Shown in pieces: positions 11,701 through 24,530 of a stretch of DNA of 64,000 nt. Positions within the stretch are counted from its first letter, which is position 1. Every line of letters begins with the position of its first letter. Both the position numbers and the translations under genes were made by a program. Source of the stretch: Macrostomum hystrix (Eukaryota; Animalia; Platyhelminthes). Below the pieces are notes generated by a model. It worked only from the letters and a program-made list of their open reading frames with translations. It was not told where the DNA came from and ran no database searches. The DNA is taken from the NCBI GenBank assembly GCA_950097015.1, contig CATNEN010000002.1, forward strand, positions 2,480,001 through 2,544,000, in the 5' to 3' direction.

Positions 11701-14700
11701 TAGCTCCAAAGTTACCCCTAGCTCCAGCTCATAAGCTAGCTTTCTTTCCAATTTAGGCCTGGTACCTCTGGGTACAATGATGTAGACGTTGTATTCCATG
11801 ACCTTGGAGAACTGCGCCTCGCGGCCAGGTTGAAAGAAGGTGTGGCAACGGCAATAGTACATGCCAGATCTGTCGTGCTTCAAGCCGGTGATGTTCAAAT
11901 TCGGCTCAGTCTCCGAGTACAATGGGATCATCTTGGGCCGATTGCGTCCGAGCAACTGCCGGGAACTTTTCTGCGGCGTGTACACCCAGGAATAGCGATG
12001 ACATGGCAGCCCGTCGTCATCCAGATTGTTGCTGAGAGGCAAGCATGGTAAGATGAACTCAAAACCCTCAGAAAGAGCGACGTCTCTGGTGTCTGCGAGT
12101 TTTGGCAAGACTTCAATGTCCGCTTTCTTTGAGTCAAAATTGGACACCGATATTGTTGACTCTGGCTGGCGCTGGCAGCTGAATGTGCCCCAGTGCTCCA
12201 CGCCCAGCGGGTTCAGTACAAGATCGTCGCCATCGCGAGACACTCCAGGCGGTAGCAAGTCTGCCTCAGTCTCGTCCATCGAGCTGTAGCGCTGCTTGTT
12301 CTGCGCGCCCAGAGGATTCCCCAGCGATACCGCTGACTTTGCGTTGGCCGGCGTGAACTTCCAGTCGATGGGAATGCTGACCTTGTTTGGACTGCGGACG
12401 ATCTTATTGCACTTGAGGCGCACCGCACTGCCCACAGGCTGCTCCACCTTGCTGGTTGGTGACGTCAGTTCCCAGTTAAAGGGCTGCCCTGTATACGGGA
12501 GACAAAAGAAATACTAAATCCAATGAAGGCATGTCTATATTGGCGATATAATCAAGACATGTGAAGTGGGTGCTCAGATTTGAAACGGTGAAGTACGAGG
12601 ACATAATCGCTAAAGAATCATAGTCACGAGGGTCGGGTTTAGGAGCGGAGCAGAGTGCCTTTTTCAGTTGAAAAGACCTCCGGGTACTGAAGTATTTCAA
12701 CACAAAATAATATATTTTTCTGCATCTACCTCGTACAAAGATATGAACAATATCTGCTTTTACAGAGAAATGTTTGTTGTCCTTGTCGCCAGTGTCTTCG
12801 ACACGAGATTCGTGCGAATTTATCTATAGATTGAATATTGAGTACATTCATGAATTCAAATTAAACTGTCTAGTTGGCACACTTACGTGGCTTAAGAATG
12901 ATGGGCACTCTTCGACTAATAGTGACATTGTTGACCATGTCGCTGACGTGGCATGTCCAATAGCCGGTGTCATTGTCATTATTCATGTCGTGGACGACTA
13001 TGTCCGTAAAATTGGCGCCGTTGGCCTGCTGCTTGATGGCTTCGAAGCGCTCCGAAAGACGCCCAGTAGGGAACGGGAGCCGTGTCAACGTGGCCCTGAA
13101 CTGGGCTGGTCGCGACGGCTGCATTGTGGAGTGGACGGTTGTGAGTTATTGTCAAGTTTCTCAAGTTTTAATGTCACTTAGAGAAGAGCGACGAACCTCC
13201 ATGGGCACAACTGAGCACTTTAGAGTGGTGGTGTCGGGGTCCTTGGGATCGCTTCGCAGCACCACCCTCTTCACCGAGCTGCTTTGCACCGTCAGGTTAG
13301 AAAATGCCACTGCGGACCCGGATCGTCTGTTGAAGCCTTCGCATCTGTACCGACCACTGTCTGACGGGCTGGCGTCCTTGATCACAAGGCGGGTCGACTT
13401 CTCATCGCGCACCTGGTAGATTCGGGACGTATCTGCCAAACGACGTCCATCAGAGTCCTGCCACTCCAGCAGCCAGGCGATGCCGTTGTAGCCGGGTTTT
13501 TGTCGCCTGACCAGGCAAGTCAGCACCACTGTACGACCGGACGGCACATTCAGGGTCTCTGGCTCCACGGTTGGAACCACGTCTGTGAATGCATCGGCCA
13601 CGGAGTTGACAGTTATGGTACACAACGTGCTGATCCCTGGATCTTACACACAGTAAAAGATCCTTAGATATGAACTGCTTTGAATCTGGCTCACTTTATA
13701 CAGCTTTTAAAACTTTGGATTTACACTGGACATGTTAATTTTGTGAACCAGCTATTTATTTTCTTGTCCGAGAAGTAGCGTATTCATGAAGAGAAAAATT
13801 TGCAACAAAAATTGACAACAGTTTTTCTGCTATCAGTTTCAAGATCCAGACTAACTAGATAAAACCTGCATGCGATGCTGCAAATTCCCATCATAGCGTG
13901 GTCTAGCCTTAGTCAGCAGTGGCTCTTATTGACCAATTTGACCAATTTGACCAATTTTAATATGAGCCGATCAGCTCGGCTATAAACAGCACCCATAAAG
14001 GCAAAACCAGTGCCCTTGATATCGCTATTATATACTTAACACATTGAACTCGGCCATTCAATTTGAATGGAAATAGTTAGGTTGAATGGAAATGGAATGG
14101 AAACAAAGCTATTGGTTAGCTTACACTCTTCACAATCGGGTCGCTGTCCTCTTGGTCGGCCCACAGTCTTGTCTGCATAGCCTTCCTCGCAGCTGAAATC
14201 GTTGAACAAGGAGAGCAAGCAGTACATGTACCATGCATGAATGAATGCTTGTTTCCTATGTAGAACTTTCGCTTTTCGAATGTGAAATCTTATCTAACCA
14301 CGACTCGGCAAGCGCCTATTAGACTCTGCTGAGGTACTGAGTTTTTTACCTGATTTTCCTCCTAGACTCTTAATAACGAACCAGGTAATTTGAAGGCTAT
14401 TTTATCTTCTGTCTGAATTGAACTGTTTCTTGGTCTTACGTGTCACAACGCGGAGAGTTCCTGTAGCCTTCTAGGCAGGGAACACACTTCCACCTGTTCA
14501 CAGTTGAGTTGTAGTCCACAATCTTGTGGAAATCTCCGGTTGTCTTGCAGTCCTGAAGATGAAATTGTTAAGTCTTGATATAAAACATTTGCATTACGGT
14601 TTGCTGCCAAACCATTTGGTGATATCAGCTTTGAGTTTAGCTTGTTTCAATTTTTAGTTACATCGGTCTAGCTTGCAATCAACATGCACTTCGCTCGTGA

Positions 14701-17700
14701 CTACTTGATGCTAAATCAAATTCATGGTACTCCACAATTTCAGCTGCGGAGATAAAAATTTCAAGAGCCAACTTGTTTCTTGTGTCGCAGGTTCACATGT
14801 CTTATTGAATGCTCAACAATATCTAGTTGCTATCGGCGGTTTTGCGCAGAGGTCACAGCTGCTGTTAAAACCTGAAAATGCGCCCGGCATCTAACGCCTA
14901 ACGCTCTTCTACAGATCCGACGAAGATGTTTAGGTTAATTCTGTTTGCGCAGAAAATCTATTTGCGCAGAAAATCTATTTGCGCAGAAAATCTATTTGCG
15001 CAGAAAATCTATTTGCGCAATCTTTCAGGGGCCAGGTTGCTGCCCGAGCCACCGCCTGCCGCCTGCAGCTGCTGTTAAAACCTGAAAAATGCGCCCAGCA
15101 TCTTAGGAGGCCCTGGGAAGTGGGCGGCATTGCTACAAGCGCTGGTAGTGATGCAGCAGCCCACGATTTCCATGAATGGAGTGGATGAAGGCAATGATGC
15201 TGACTTGCAAAGATGCAGAAATGCAAACGTGACTCCTGGTACGGGTTTAGTCTTTGTTATAAAAGCAAGGAAAAACTGCTTTGACCCTAGATTTGCTTGC
15301 TGAACCCTTCTGCCGAAATTCAGGTTTCTCTTGTCATTTGTCCCGTCCTATGCGAATCATTTGCTAAACCAGCTTTATCAGTTGTAAAACTGCTCCAAAG
15401 TGATCCAGGTGCTGGACCCAAGCCTTGCATTTTCCGAGGTTCAATTGCAAATAGCTGCTTCTCTGACAAAAATTGTGAATTTCCCCTGTCCCTCGGCTCC
15501 GAAGATTCGCGCAACGTTAACGTCAACTGTGACCTTGAAAGGGCACCCGTATTCTGGATATTGGCCTTACCTCGCAGAAAGCGCCCTGGTAGGGATCGGG
15601 GCAAACAGTGCAGCGCTCTACGGGAGCTGGTTCAGCACCCGAGCTGGTGTTGGTACTTGACTGGTACGTGATGTTCAGAATGCGAACGTTCATCTGGCCC
15701 TGGAATTGGTAGATCCGGAAGAAAATTCCACGCAGATCAGCGAGGGCGGTCATCACGTCCATTCTAGTGACGGCTGAACCGTCGATGGCACGCAGGTTCT
15801 GCTCGTCGAGTGTCACGTAGAAGCGAGTCTCTGGGGCGCGTTTGGTGATTCGGTCCCAATGCACCAAGGTCTGGCCTCTCCAGCCCTGATAGTTGGATAA
15901 ATAAAATTGCATTTGAATGTAAATAACAGATGCCATTGTAGTGCAAAGCACTCTGATTTTTGAAATTTGCTAAATATGACTCAATCAATCAATCTTCATC
16001 TCAAGCGCGTTCGTTGTTAAAAGTCTTTCATTCTGCTCAGCCGTTTTTTCACCTTTCCCAACGGCCCCTGTCAATTTTAGCATAGACGCTGTCGCCGTAC
16101 CTTGATGCCGAAGATTGGGAACGCCGTATCGGCCCTCAGCGCTGTGTCCATGCGCACGTTGACTCGCACGGTGAAGCTCAATTTGCCGCCGTAGGCTGCC
16201 AGCTGAAAATGAAAGTTCACACGATTTCTTTTATTTTTACATCACTAACTTGGATTCAGAGTGTCCCAGACTGTTGTCTAGCCGTACCCGCTTGCCAGAC
16301 AAGCTCGTCAAGAACACGTAGGACTCGTCATCGTCTCGCAAAGCTGACGAGTCGTCTCCAGTTGGGGCCACGGCTATCTCCGCTCCGGACTGTACTGTGA
16401 GCTTTGCGCGCGAAGTAGCGTCCTCGTACACTCCGTACAGGCCCCAGCCCATCAAACGCACCGCGGATGCTTCCACTGGTACTCGCTTCTGCAGTCGTGT
16501 GTCAAATGAAACCATGTACAGTTGATAAGCATGTTGAGACAAATTTATTAACCTATTCTAAACTGATGAGAGACTTTTCTGTACCTCTTCGAAGTAAAGG
16601 CCGGCATTTTCGCAAGCATTCGATCGGTCGGAGCAGAAGCAGGGCACGCATCCATCCGGGTGGTCCCGCCTGAGACTGTGGAAGCCCGGCTTGCACTTGT
16701 CACAGTTTTCACCTTCAACGTTCGCCTGAATTCGAAAGATGAAACAATTTCCTATCAGCTTTTTTCGTTGCACTTTATGCTCATGTGGCTTTGTACTTTT
16801 AGTATTTTCTTTAGGATGAAACAAAATCTGCAGTCGGCTGCTCACCTTGCAATTGCAGACGTTGTTCTGGCAAATGCCGCCGATGTTGCAGGTCTTCTTG
16901 CAGTCGATGCCAGTGGCGACTAAATTCAGTTATCAAATCTTTGCTCAAACTTTTCTCAGTGCTTGCCAAGAGCCAGCTAGTCTTTAATAATTATACTAAA
17001 AATGAAATGCCTGCTTGCTTGCTGCAATCGAGTAACTCCGGAAGGGCTTTACCGACTTTTATAACTCCTTGACTAAAATATGGCCATACGCTTCTATAGA
17101 GCATTGGTTCTCTGATGCTGGGGCGCATTGGTTCTCTGCTGCTGGGGGAGATTAGGGTTTTTCTGCCTAGGTTGCCAGCCCTTAGGTGATTATGTTTGGG
17201 GCCAACAGGTGGGCGGCGTATCAGCTTATTAGGAGGACAGGTTCAATTTGCATTAGAGGATTGTATAAATCCTGATATTCTGCCTGTGCTCCCCTGAGGG
17301 ATTTTACTAAACTATGAGTTATACTCAGACCAAGTAACCTATTGCTAGTAAAACTAATAACATATTGTGTATTCATTTGAATTGACGAAACGCAACACTG
17401 CGTTAAAGGTTAATTAGTTTAACTATTTAATTTTATGTTAATCTTATTCAACACCAATTGAATGTTGGTTTTCGCTTTCATCTTTATCTTACTTGCCAAG
17501 CGAGAAACTTTACAAGACATCTGAGATCGGTTATTTGATTCAAAAAGTATGTACAATAAATCCCTTAAAATTTATCTCATGAACAAAACTCACGTGGGAC
17601 CTCAACAATCGGTACAGGATTCGAGTATCTCCTTGTGCCAGACGGATCCACACCTGAACACCTGTACCAGTGATTCGTATTCGCATCCGTACTCCTATTC

Positions 17701-18058
17701 CAAATTGGTTTGTGATAGAAGGTGCACAGGGTAGAGGTAATATTGAAGTACGGATCCTCCGGCGGCCCGATGGGATCATTGCGCGCGTTGCTAACGTGAA
17801 ACTTGATGTCTCGGAGGCGCTCATCAAAAGTGCAGTTCACTAATTTGGCCCAGTAGAACTGTGTGGGTTGGACGGTCACGCCTGAAAATTGAAGACAAAA
17901 ATATTTGCCAGTTATGAAATCAGAAGCTATTGTGAATAACAACAGAACGTACTAATCTGAATGGGGTCGTTGACGGCCAGATCTTGGGCGTTGGCGCTCA
18001 TTGGCGACAGCAGAAGGCCAAGGAATAGGCAGGCCAGGACAACTGCTGGCTGGCCCAT
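5782..18058 (-). CDS. Gene A: 19-exon secreted Ig-superfamily/laminin-B protein (perlecan-like, 1301 aa: signal peptide, Ig, LamEGF, laminin IV/B, LamEGF, 7 Ig)
   Basis: Hand-spliced GT-AG exons (minus): 18058-17953, 17881-17594, 16919-16846, 16725-16585, 16488-16288, 16202-16101, 15885-15571, 14552-14440, 14192-14125, 13636-13197, 13118-12887, 12488-11766, 11545-11394, 10738-10585, 7912-7731, 7645-7420, 7078-6838, 6746-6736, 5918-5782. Total 3906 nt, all phases compatible, no internal stop. N-terminus MGQPAVVLACLFLGLLLSPMSANA is signal-like. LamEGF CDKCKPGF..CVPCFC; laminin B LAAYGGKLSF..VMTALADL; Ig motifs such as DSGRYRC, DTGYWTC, RSGMYYC, YGTYVCSAEN. AATAAA about 190 nt after the stop (5588-5593). 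The acceptor of exon 10 could be 6 nt further upstream. Confidence 0.88.
8385..10140 (+). mobile_element. Decayed Gypsy-type pol with integrase upstream of RT-RNase H (Gmr1-like order)
   Basis: Order: zinc-finger CDKC..IIDLSGPYP..VIDAVSR, KWRGPY, RT (VNFKVLNK, GYWQIPL, LDD), RNase H (FILETDSSETGISAVL), ending PGRSNTVSDGLSR. Many deletions and frameshifts. Confidence 0.82.
10925..11285 (+). mobile_element. tRNA-derived SINE family 2 (copy 47230-47630 on +; inverted partial copies 8130-8370, 45200-45420, 7260-7370, 44050-44260)
   Basis: Head TAGCGGTCTAAC..GAGCTCGATTCC, (AAT/ATT)n tail, dispersed copies in both orientations. Confidence 0.7.
14943..15018. repeat. 17-bp tandem repeat TTTGCGCAGAAAATCTA
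   Basis: About 4 units, flanked by a direct repeat GCTGCTGTTAAAACCTGAAAA. Confidence 0.9.
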
Positions 18059-18179
18059 GGCTTTGCGCTGCTGGTTGAAAATATTTTCTAGTTAGTGCCT
18101 AAAAGATCCTCAAAGATTGAAGATACAAATGTAGAACACCGGCGCCTAGATTTCCGCTGCAAGTGTCCATACTTATAGC

Positions 18180-18203
18180 AACGGGTCTTATAGTGGACCC
18201 GTT
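18180..18203 (-). promoter_or_regulatory. Putative core promoter: 8-bp inverted repeat around TATAA, next to a TATA box, with upstream CCAAT (copies 34956-34979, 59114-59137)
   Basis: AACGGGTC-cactataa-GACCCGTT followed by GCTATAAAT, about 110 bp upstream of the ATG in all three paralogues. Confidence 0.55.
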
Positions 18204-19884
18204 CACACTGCTGAGGTGGAGAGCGAGGCGACAACCAATAGAGCGAGTGCTTCGCTGGTCGCTATTGGCTGGAGCTAAGGCATGCGCATCAGGAATATCT
18301 GGAGTCGAGTTCAACCCTCTTGTTGAGTGAAGCGCACTGGTCTGCGCCCGGTGGAGTTTTAGTCCATTTGTAAAAGTGGATTCAAAACTAACCATCTGAA
18401 GTGTTTTGTTATGTCTGACCTATTAGAGCACTAAAACAAATACATTACTGAATTTTAGATGCACTGGAATCGAGGAAAATATGTGAAACTCTTTCTCAGC
18501 TAAGAGCTCATCATTTGAATATTCGATCAAAGTACGAATAATGAAATTTATCGTAATACTGCGCGTTAAAACGTGTACAAGGGTACGATATAAAAAATGT
18601 AAATACCCCCATAGTTTAACTAATTAATCTATTATAAGGCCATGAATATTTTTTTTGTTTACATTAATTGGAGCCTCAATTCAACAAATTTTATCTCCTC
18701 ATTAAACATAAGATCGCTTCATCATCAAGCCTTATAAACGCAACAACAACAAAAACAAAAATATACGCCCGAGTTAGAGATAAGAAGGCAAGTTTCAAGG
18801 CCTGGGCGCGCACATAGGCAAGGTCTCTGGCAGTGTCCGGGGCGCCGGCGTCGGCAAAAGGGGAGTCGACGTACCGCCGAGTTCGTGCCTACCCACGCCG
18901 AAATTAAGTGGGGCCTGCAGCAGGCTGGGGCAGTGCTCCTCGGCACGGATGAGGTGGCCTTCCAGCTGTAGTCGCCGACGGCGCAGTAGGTCGCTTGGGT
19001 GTGCCAGGCCGGCGCGGCGATAAAGTGCCGCCTTGGTGATGAGCTCATCAAAGCCGATTCTAAAGGCAGCGCGAAGCAGGCCAGCCTGCGCTGCGTTGAC
19101 TTGACGCTGACATTACATATGCCTATGCCTAAAAATGTCATGGCTGAAAGAATCGACGAGAAGGCCAATAAGCAGTCTTGATATGAATTCCACAAAGGAT
19201 TATAAGCAAAGGAGAGTTGCCTTGCCAGAGACGTGCGTATTGAGTTGACAACTAGCCGTGAGCTTGAGGTATAGCCACAAGCGAGATCGGCTTTACAACG
19301 ACGATCGTGTTTTTCTACTTTTTTACCTCCTGGGACTACTACTCGTAAATGCAAAATAGTATTTAGTACAGCCCTGCAATGTAATAAATGCCTTTTAAGC
19401 CGAATGGAAATAATATCCACAGGAGAAACATATTCCTCATTTGAGATTGACGATGCCTGCTAGCAATCGGCATGCACAAATGCTTAAGTATTATGGCAAG
19501 AATGGCAACGCCATAATGTTTCCGAAAATGCTTATTCTCAGAATCTGCAGTGTGGGAAAAGGCTGTGGAACGAATTAGCTTAATAATGCAACTTTGCTTT
19601 ACGTTCATAGAAAATTAATTAATTCAGGACCACATCAGTTCTTTTATTTGAGCCAAAAATGATATATTGTGTTGTTTTACTTATTAGTATGAATAAAATG
19701 TAAACTTTGAGCAATTCTATTCTTGTCCAAAGGATGGAGAATCAGGGAAACTGTTATTTTTGGGGACAGTTACGATTCTAGGAGCTATGGGGAGCTTGTA
19801 GCTGCAAGGATAAATCTGTGCATTTACGAAGGTTGTCACTCTGTAAACCAATGCTACCCTTCTGATAAATCATAATAACCCTCC

Positions 19885-20870
19885 ATAACTCATGCTAACC
19901 CTCGACATATCATGCTACCCCTCCATATATCATGCTACCCCTCGATATATCATGCTAACCCTCGATATATCATGCTACCCCTCGATATATCATGCTACCC
20001 CTCGATATATCATGCTAACCCTCGATATATCATGCTAACCCTCGATATATCATGCTAACCCTCGATATATCATGCTACCCCTCGATATATCATGCTACCC
20101 CTCGATATATCATGCTAACCCTCGATATATCATGCTACCCCTCGATATATCATGCTACCCCTCGATATATCATGCTACCCCTCGATATATCATGCTAACC
20201 CTCGATATATCATGCTACCCCTCGATATATCATGCTACCCCTCGATATATCATGCTAACCCTCGATATATCATGCTACCCCTCGATATATCATGCTACCC
20301 CTCGATATATCATGCTACCCCTCGATATATCATGCTACCCCTCGACATATCATGCTACCCCTCCATATATCATGCTACCCCTCGATATATCATGCTACCC
20401 CTCGATATATCATGCTACCCCTCGATATATCATGCTACCCCTCGAAAGCTTATGCTGTCCGCTCAGTTATTCATGCTATCCTTTCGATAATTTGCAGTCC
20501 ACTTAAAGAATTTGTGCTACCACATCGATAGATAATGCTGCTTCCCGATAAATCATGCTACTTCTCGATAATAAATTACGCTACCCCTCAATAAATCAAG
20601 CTACCCCTCAATAGTTCATGCTACCCCTCAATAAATCATGCTACCCCTCAATAGTTCATGCTACCCCTCAATAGTTCATGCTACCCCTCAATAGTTCATG
20701 CTACCCCTCAATAGTTCATGCTACCCCTCAATAGTTCATGCTACCCCTCAATAGTTCATGCTACCCCTCAATAGTTCATGCTATCCCTCAATAGTTCATG
20801 CTATCCCTCAATAGTTCATGCTATCCCTCAATAGTTCATGCTATCCCTCAATAGTTCATGCTATCCCTCG
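19885..20870. repeat. 20-bp minisatellites CATGCTA(C/A)CCCTCGATATAT then CATGCTACCCCTCAATAGTT
   Basis: Two adjacent homogenised sub-arrays (19885-20445, 20575-20870). Confidence 0.95.
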
Positions 20871-22429
20871 ATAAAACACGCAACCCACTCGATAATTTGC
20901 ACCAAATTTCGTTAAATCATGCTTTCCCTCAAATATTTATGCTACCCCTCGACAATTTGCACAACACGTTGATAAATCATGCACCTTTTTTGACAATTCC
21001 TTCTTTTTCTTTCGAGAAGAAGATCTCGAAAATGTATGCCACCCCTGATAATTTGACTATACTTTCATAATCATTCTACCCCCTGGCTAAATCATGCTAC
21101 ACCTCAATAGATCATGCAACTATCTGAAAAGTTTATGCAACACCATCGATTGTTTATGCTTTTGCCATTTACTTGATATCTCACGCCTGTTATCCATGGC
21201 AATCTAGCGCTATGTCTTAGATTTTTTCAGTTTTTATTCTATATTTTTTGCTTCGTGTTTTCTTCGAAAAAAGCTTTTGAAATATTGAAAACATATTCGT
21301 AACTGTCCTGCTTAAAAACACGCAAATTCTAAAAAAGAGTAAAGATTCAGCTATGAATAAAATAGCTGATGACAAATACAAGTACCTTGTCTTGAAATGA
21401 TTGTAGCAATGCTCAAAAAGTTTTCCTTTCGTTTTGAAAATAAAAAACGCTAACAGCAAGTATGCTCGAACAGTCTTCATATAGTTTTGAATTTAATCGA
21501 ATAGTGCTTGAAAGAATGCAATTAAAAACATAAAAATATCTCATGAAAAAAGCTTATTGCTTTGCTGAAAGCATTTTCTTTTATTTGTGAATAAAAGACG
21601 CTGGCAGCGAAAATTCTTTTCTCAGTTTTGTATCGAATAAGACATACGTCTGCAATCGAAAAAATTATTATTTTAACATTTTCTCAGAGCGAGAAGAATT
21701 ATTAAGCTGACAAACATTTGCCTCGACAGTAGCTAATCAAAAGCGCTTACTATTCTCAGGTAACTGTACCCAAAAAGCCCAATAAAGAAAAAATTAGAAT
21801 GATCTGTTATCTACATTTTTAACTGTTGATAATAAAATATTATCACCAGTTCCAATAAAATTCGGAGCTAAATGAAAAGAAAACGACACAATGATCAAAG
21901 TCGAGACGATTTTTGAAGATATATTGACTGCAGTTTTCAGGGAAAGAAAGGAGGAGGAGAGGTCTGACTAAAATTGAGACATACGAAAGTCAAAGATCTG
22001 TACAATTTACAGAAGTTTTTTTCAATATGTCAATAAAAATAAAGTTTACCCTTTCGATGAAACATGCTACCTCTCTATAATTCATGCTACTCGTCCGATA
22101 GTCCATAATCACTCCTCGATAATGTATGCTACCCCTTCAATAAATCATGCTCACCCTTGATTAGTCATGCTACCCCTTGATAAATCAAGCTCCATAAGAA
22201 GCAATAAATCATGCTATCCCTAGACAATTCATGCTTCCCTACCATGCTACATTTGTAAACATTGCAAATGCCTTGCGAATACAATTTTCTGAAGCGTATT
22301 TTATTTGCAACTAAATAGAAAAATATACATAGGATGGCACTATTTTGATGGATAGCATGGAAATGAAGGTTTAGACCGCAAGTTGTCAAGATAAAAAGTT
22401 GTTGTGTAAAGAATGGGAAGCATCAAATT

Positions 22430-24530
22430 ATCGAGGGGTTAGCTTGATATATCGAAGGACAGCATAAATTATCGATGGGACTGCATTAATCATCGATGGG
22501 ACAGCATTAATGATCGATGGGACAGCATGGATTATCGATAGGACAGCATGGATTATCGATGGGACAGCATTAATGATCGATGGGACAGCATGGATTATCG
22601 ATGGGACAGCATTAATGATCGATGGGACAGCATAAATTATCGATGGGACAGCATGGATTATCGATGGGACAGCATTATTGATCGATGGGACAGCATGGAT
22701 TATCGATGCGACAGCATGAATTATCGATGGGACAGCATGGATTATCGATGGGACAGCATTAATGATCGATGGGACAGCATGGATTATCGATGGGACAGCA
22801 TTAATGATCGATGGGACAGCATGGATTATCGATGGGACAGCATTAATGATCGATGGGACAGCATGGATTATCGATGGGACAGCATGGATTATCGATGGGA
22901 CAGCATGAATTATCGATGGGACTGCATGGATTATCGATGGGACAGCATTAATGATCGATGGGACAGCATGAATTATCGATGGGACTGCATGGATTATCGA
23001 TGGGACAGCATTAATGATCGATGGGACAGCATGGATTATCGATGGGACAGCATTAATGATCGATGGGACAGCATAGATTATCGATGGGACAGCATTAATA
23101 ATCGATGTGACAGCATGGATTATCGATGGGACAGCATGGATTATCGATGGGACAGCATGGATTATCGATGGGACAGCATTAATGATCGATGGGACAGCAT
23201 GGATTATCGATGGGACAGCATTAATGATCGATGGGAAAGCATGGATTATCGATAGGACAGCATTAATGATCGATGGGACAGCATGGATTATCGATGGGAC
23301 AGCATTAATGATCGATGGGACAGCATGGATTATCGATGGGACAGCATGGATTATCGATGGGACAGCATTAATGATCGATGGGACAGCATGGATTATCGAT
23401 GGGACAACATTAATGATCGATGGGACAGCATGGATTATCGATGGGACAGCATTAATGATCGATGGGACAGCATGGATTATCGATGGGACAGCATTAATGA
23501 TCGATGGGACAGCATGGATTATCGATGGGACAGCATGGATTATCGATGGGACAGCATGAATTATCGATGGGACAGCATGAATTATCGATGGGACTGCATG
23601 GATTATCGATGGGACAGCATTAATGATCGATGGGACAGCATGAATTATCGATGGGACTGCATGGATTATCGATGGGACAGCATTAATGATCGATGGGACA
23701 GCATGGATTATCGATGGGACAGCATGAATTATCGATGGGACAGCATAAATTATCGACGGGACAGCATGAATTATCGATGGGACAGCATGAATTATCGATG
23801 GGACAGCATGGATTATCGATGGGACAGCATTAATGATCGATGGGACAGCATAGATTATCGATGGGACAGCATGGATTATCGATGGGACAGCATGGATTAT
23901 CGATGGGACAGCATTAATGATCGATGGGACAGCATGGATTATCGATGGGACAGCATGGATTATCGATGGGACAGCATGAATTATCGATGGGACTGCATGG
24001 ATTATCGATGGGACAGCATTAATGATCGATGGGACAGCATGAATTATCGATGGGACTGCATGGATTATCGATGGGACAGCATTAATGATCGATGGGACAG
24101 CATGGATTATCGATGGGACAGCATTAATGATCGATGGGACAGCATGAATTATCGATGGGACAGCATAAATTATCGACGGGACAGCATGGATTATCGATGG
24201 GACAGCATTAATGATCGATGGGACAGCATGGATTATCGATGGGACAGCATGGATTATCGATGGGACAGCATGAATTATCGATGGGACAGCATGGATTATC
24301 GATGGGACAGCATTAATGATCGATGGGACAGCATGAATTATCGATGGGACAGCATGGATTATCGATGGTACAGCATTAATGATCGATGGGACAGCATGGA
24401 TTATCGATGGGACAGCATGGATTATCGATGGGACAGCATGAACTATCGATGGGACTGCATGGATTATCGATGGGACAGCATTAATGATCGATGGGACAGC
24501 ATAAATTCTCGACGGGACAGCATTAATTAT
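22430..24530. repeat. 21-bp minisatellite CGATGGGACAGCAT(GGATTAT/TAATGAT), about 100 units
   Basis: Tandem array with variant units in recurring higher-order blocks. Confidence 0.96.

Larger units (their letters stand above)
17540..22470. repeat. Gene 5'/upstream block duplicated at 58400-61998 (direct) and 34300-35975 plus 26700-27680 (inverted)
   Basis: Shared exons 1-2, promoter, AT-rich blocks and minisatellite seeds in conserved order. Confidence 0.88.

Noticed and set aside
15297-15560. ORFs in intron 7 of gene A
   Set aside because: No recognisable motifs or compatible splice sites; exons 7 and 8 join in frame without them.
5782-18058. Naming gene A as perlecan (HSPG2/unc-52)
   Set aside because: LDLa and laminin-G domains are not seen, there is only one laminin-B module, and orthology cannot be shown without a phylogeny.
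20072-20531. Repetitive ORFs (MLPLDISCYPSIYHA..), also 56090-57101, 60172-60654 and 4944-5400
   Set aside because: They arise from tandem arrays.
19885-24530. CRISPR-like appearance of the regular repeats
   Set aside because: Units are contiguous with no unique spacers, there are no cas genes, and the context is eukaryotic.
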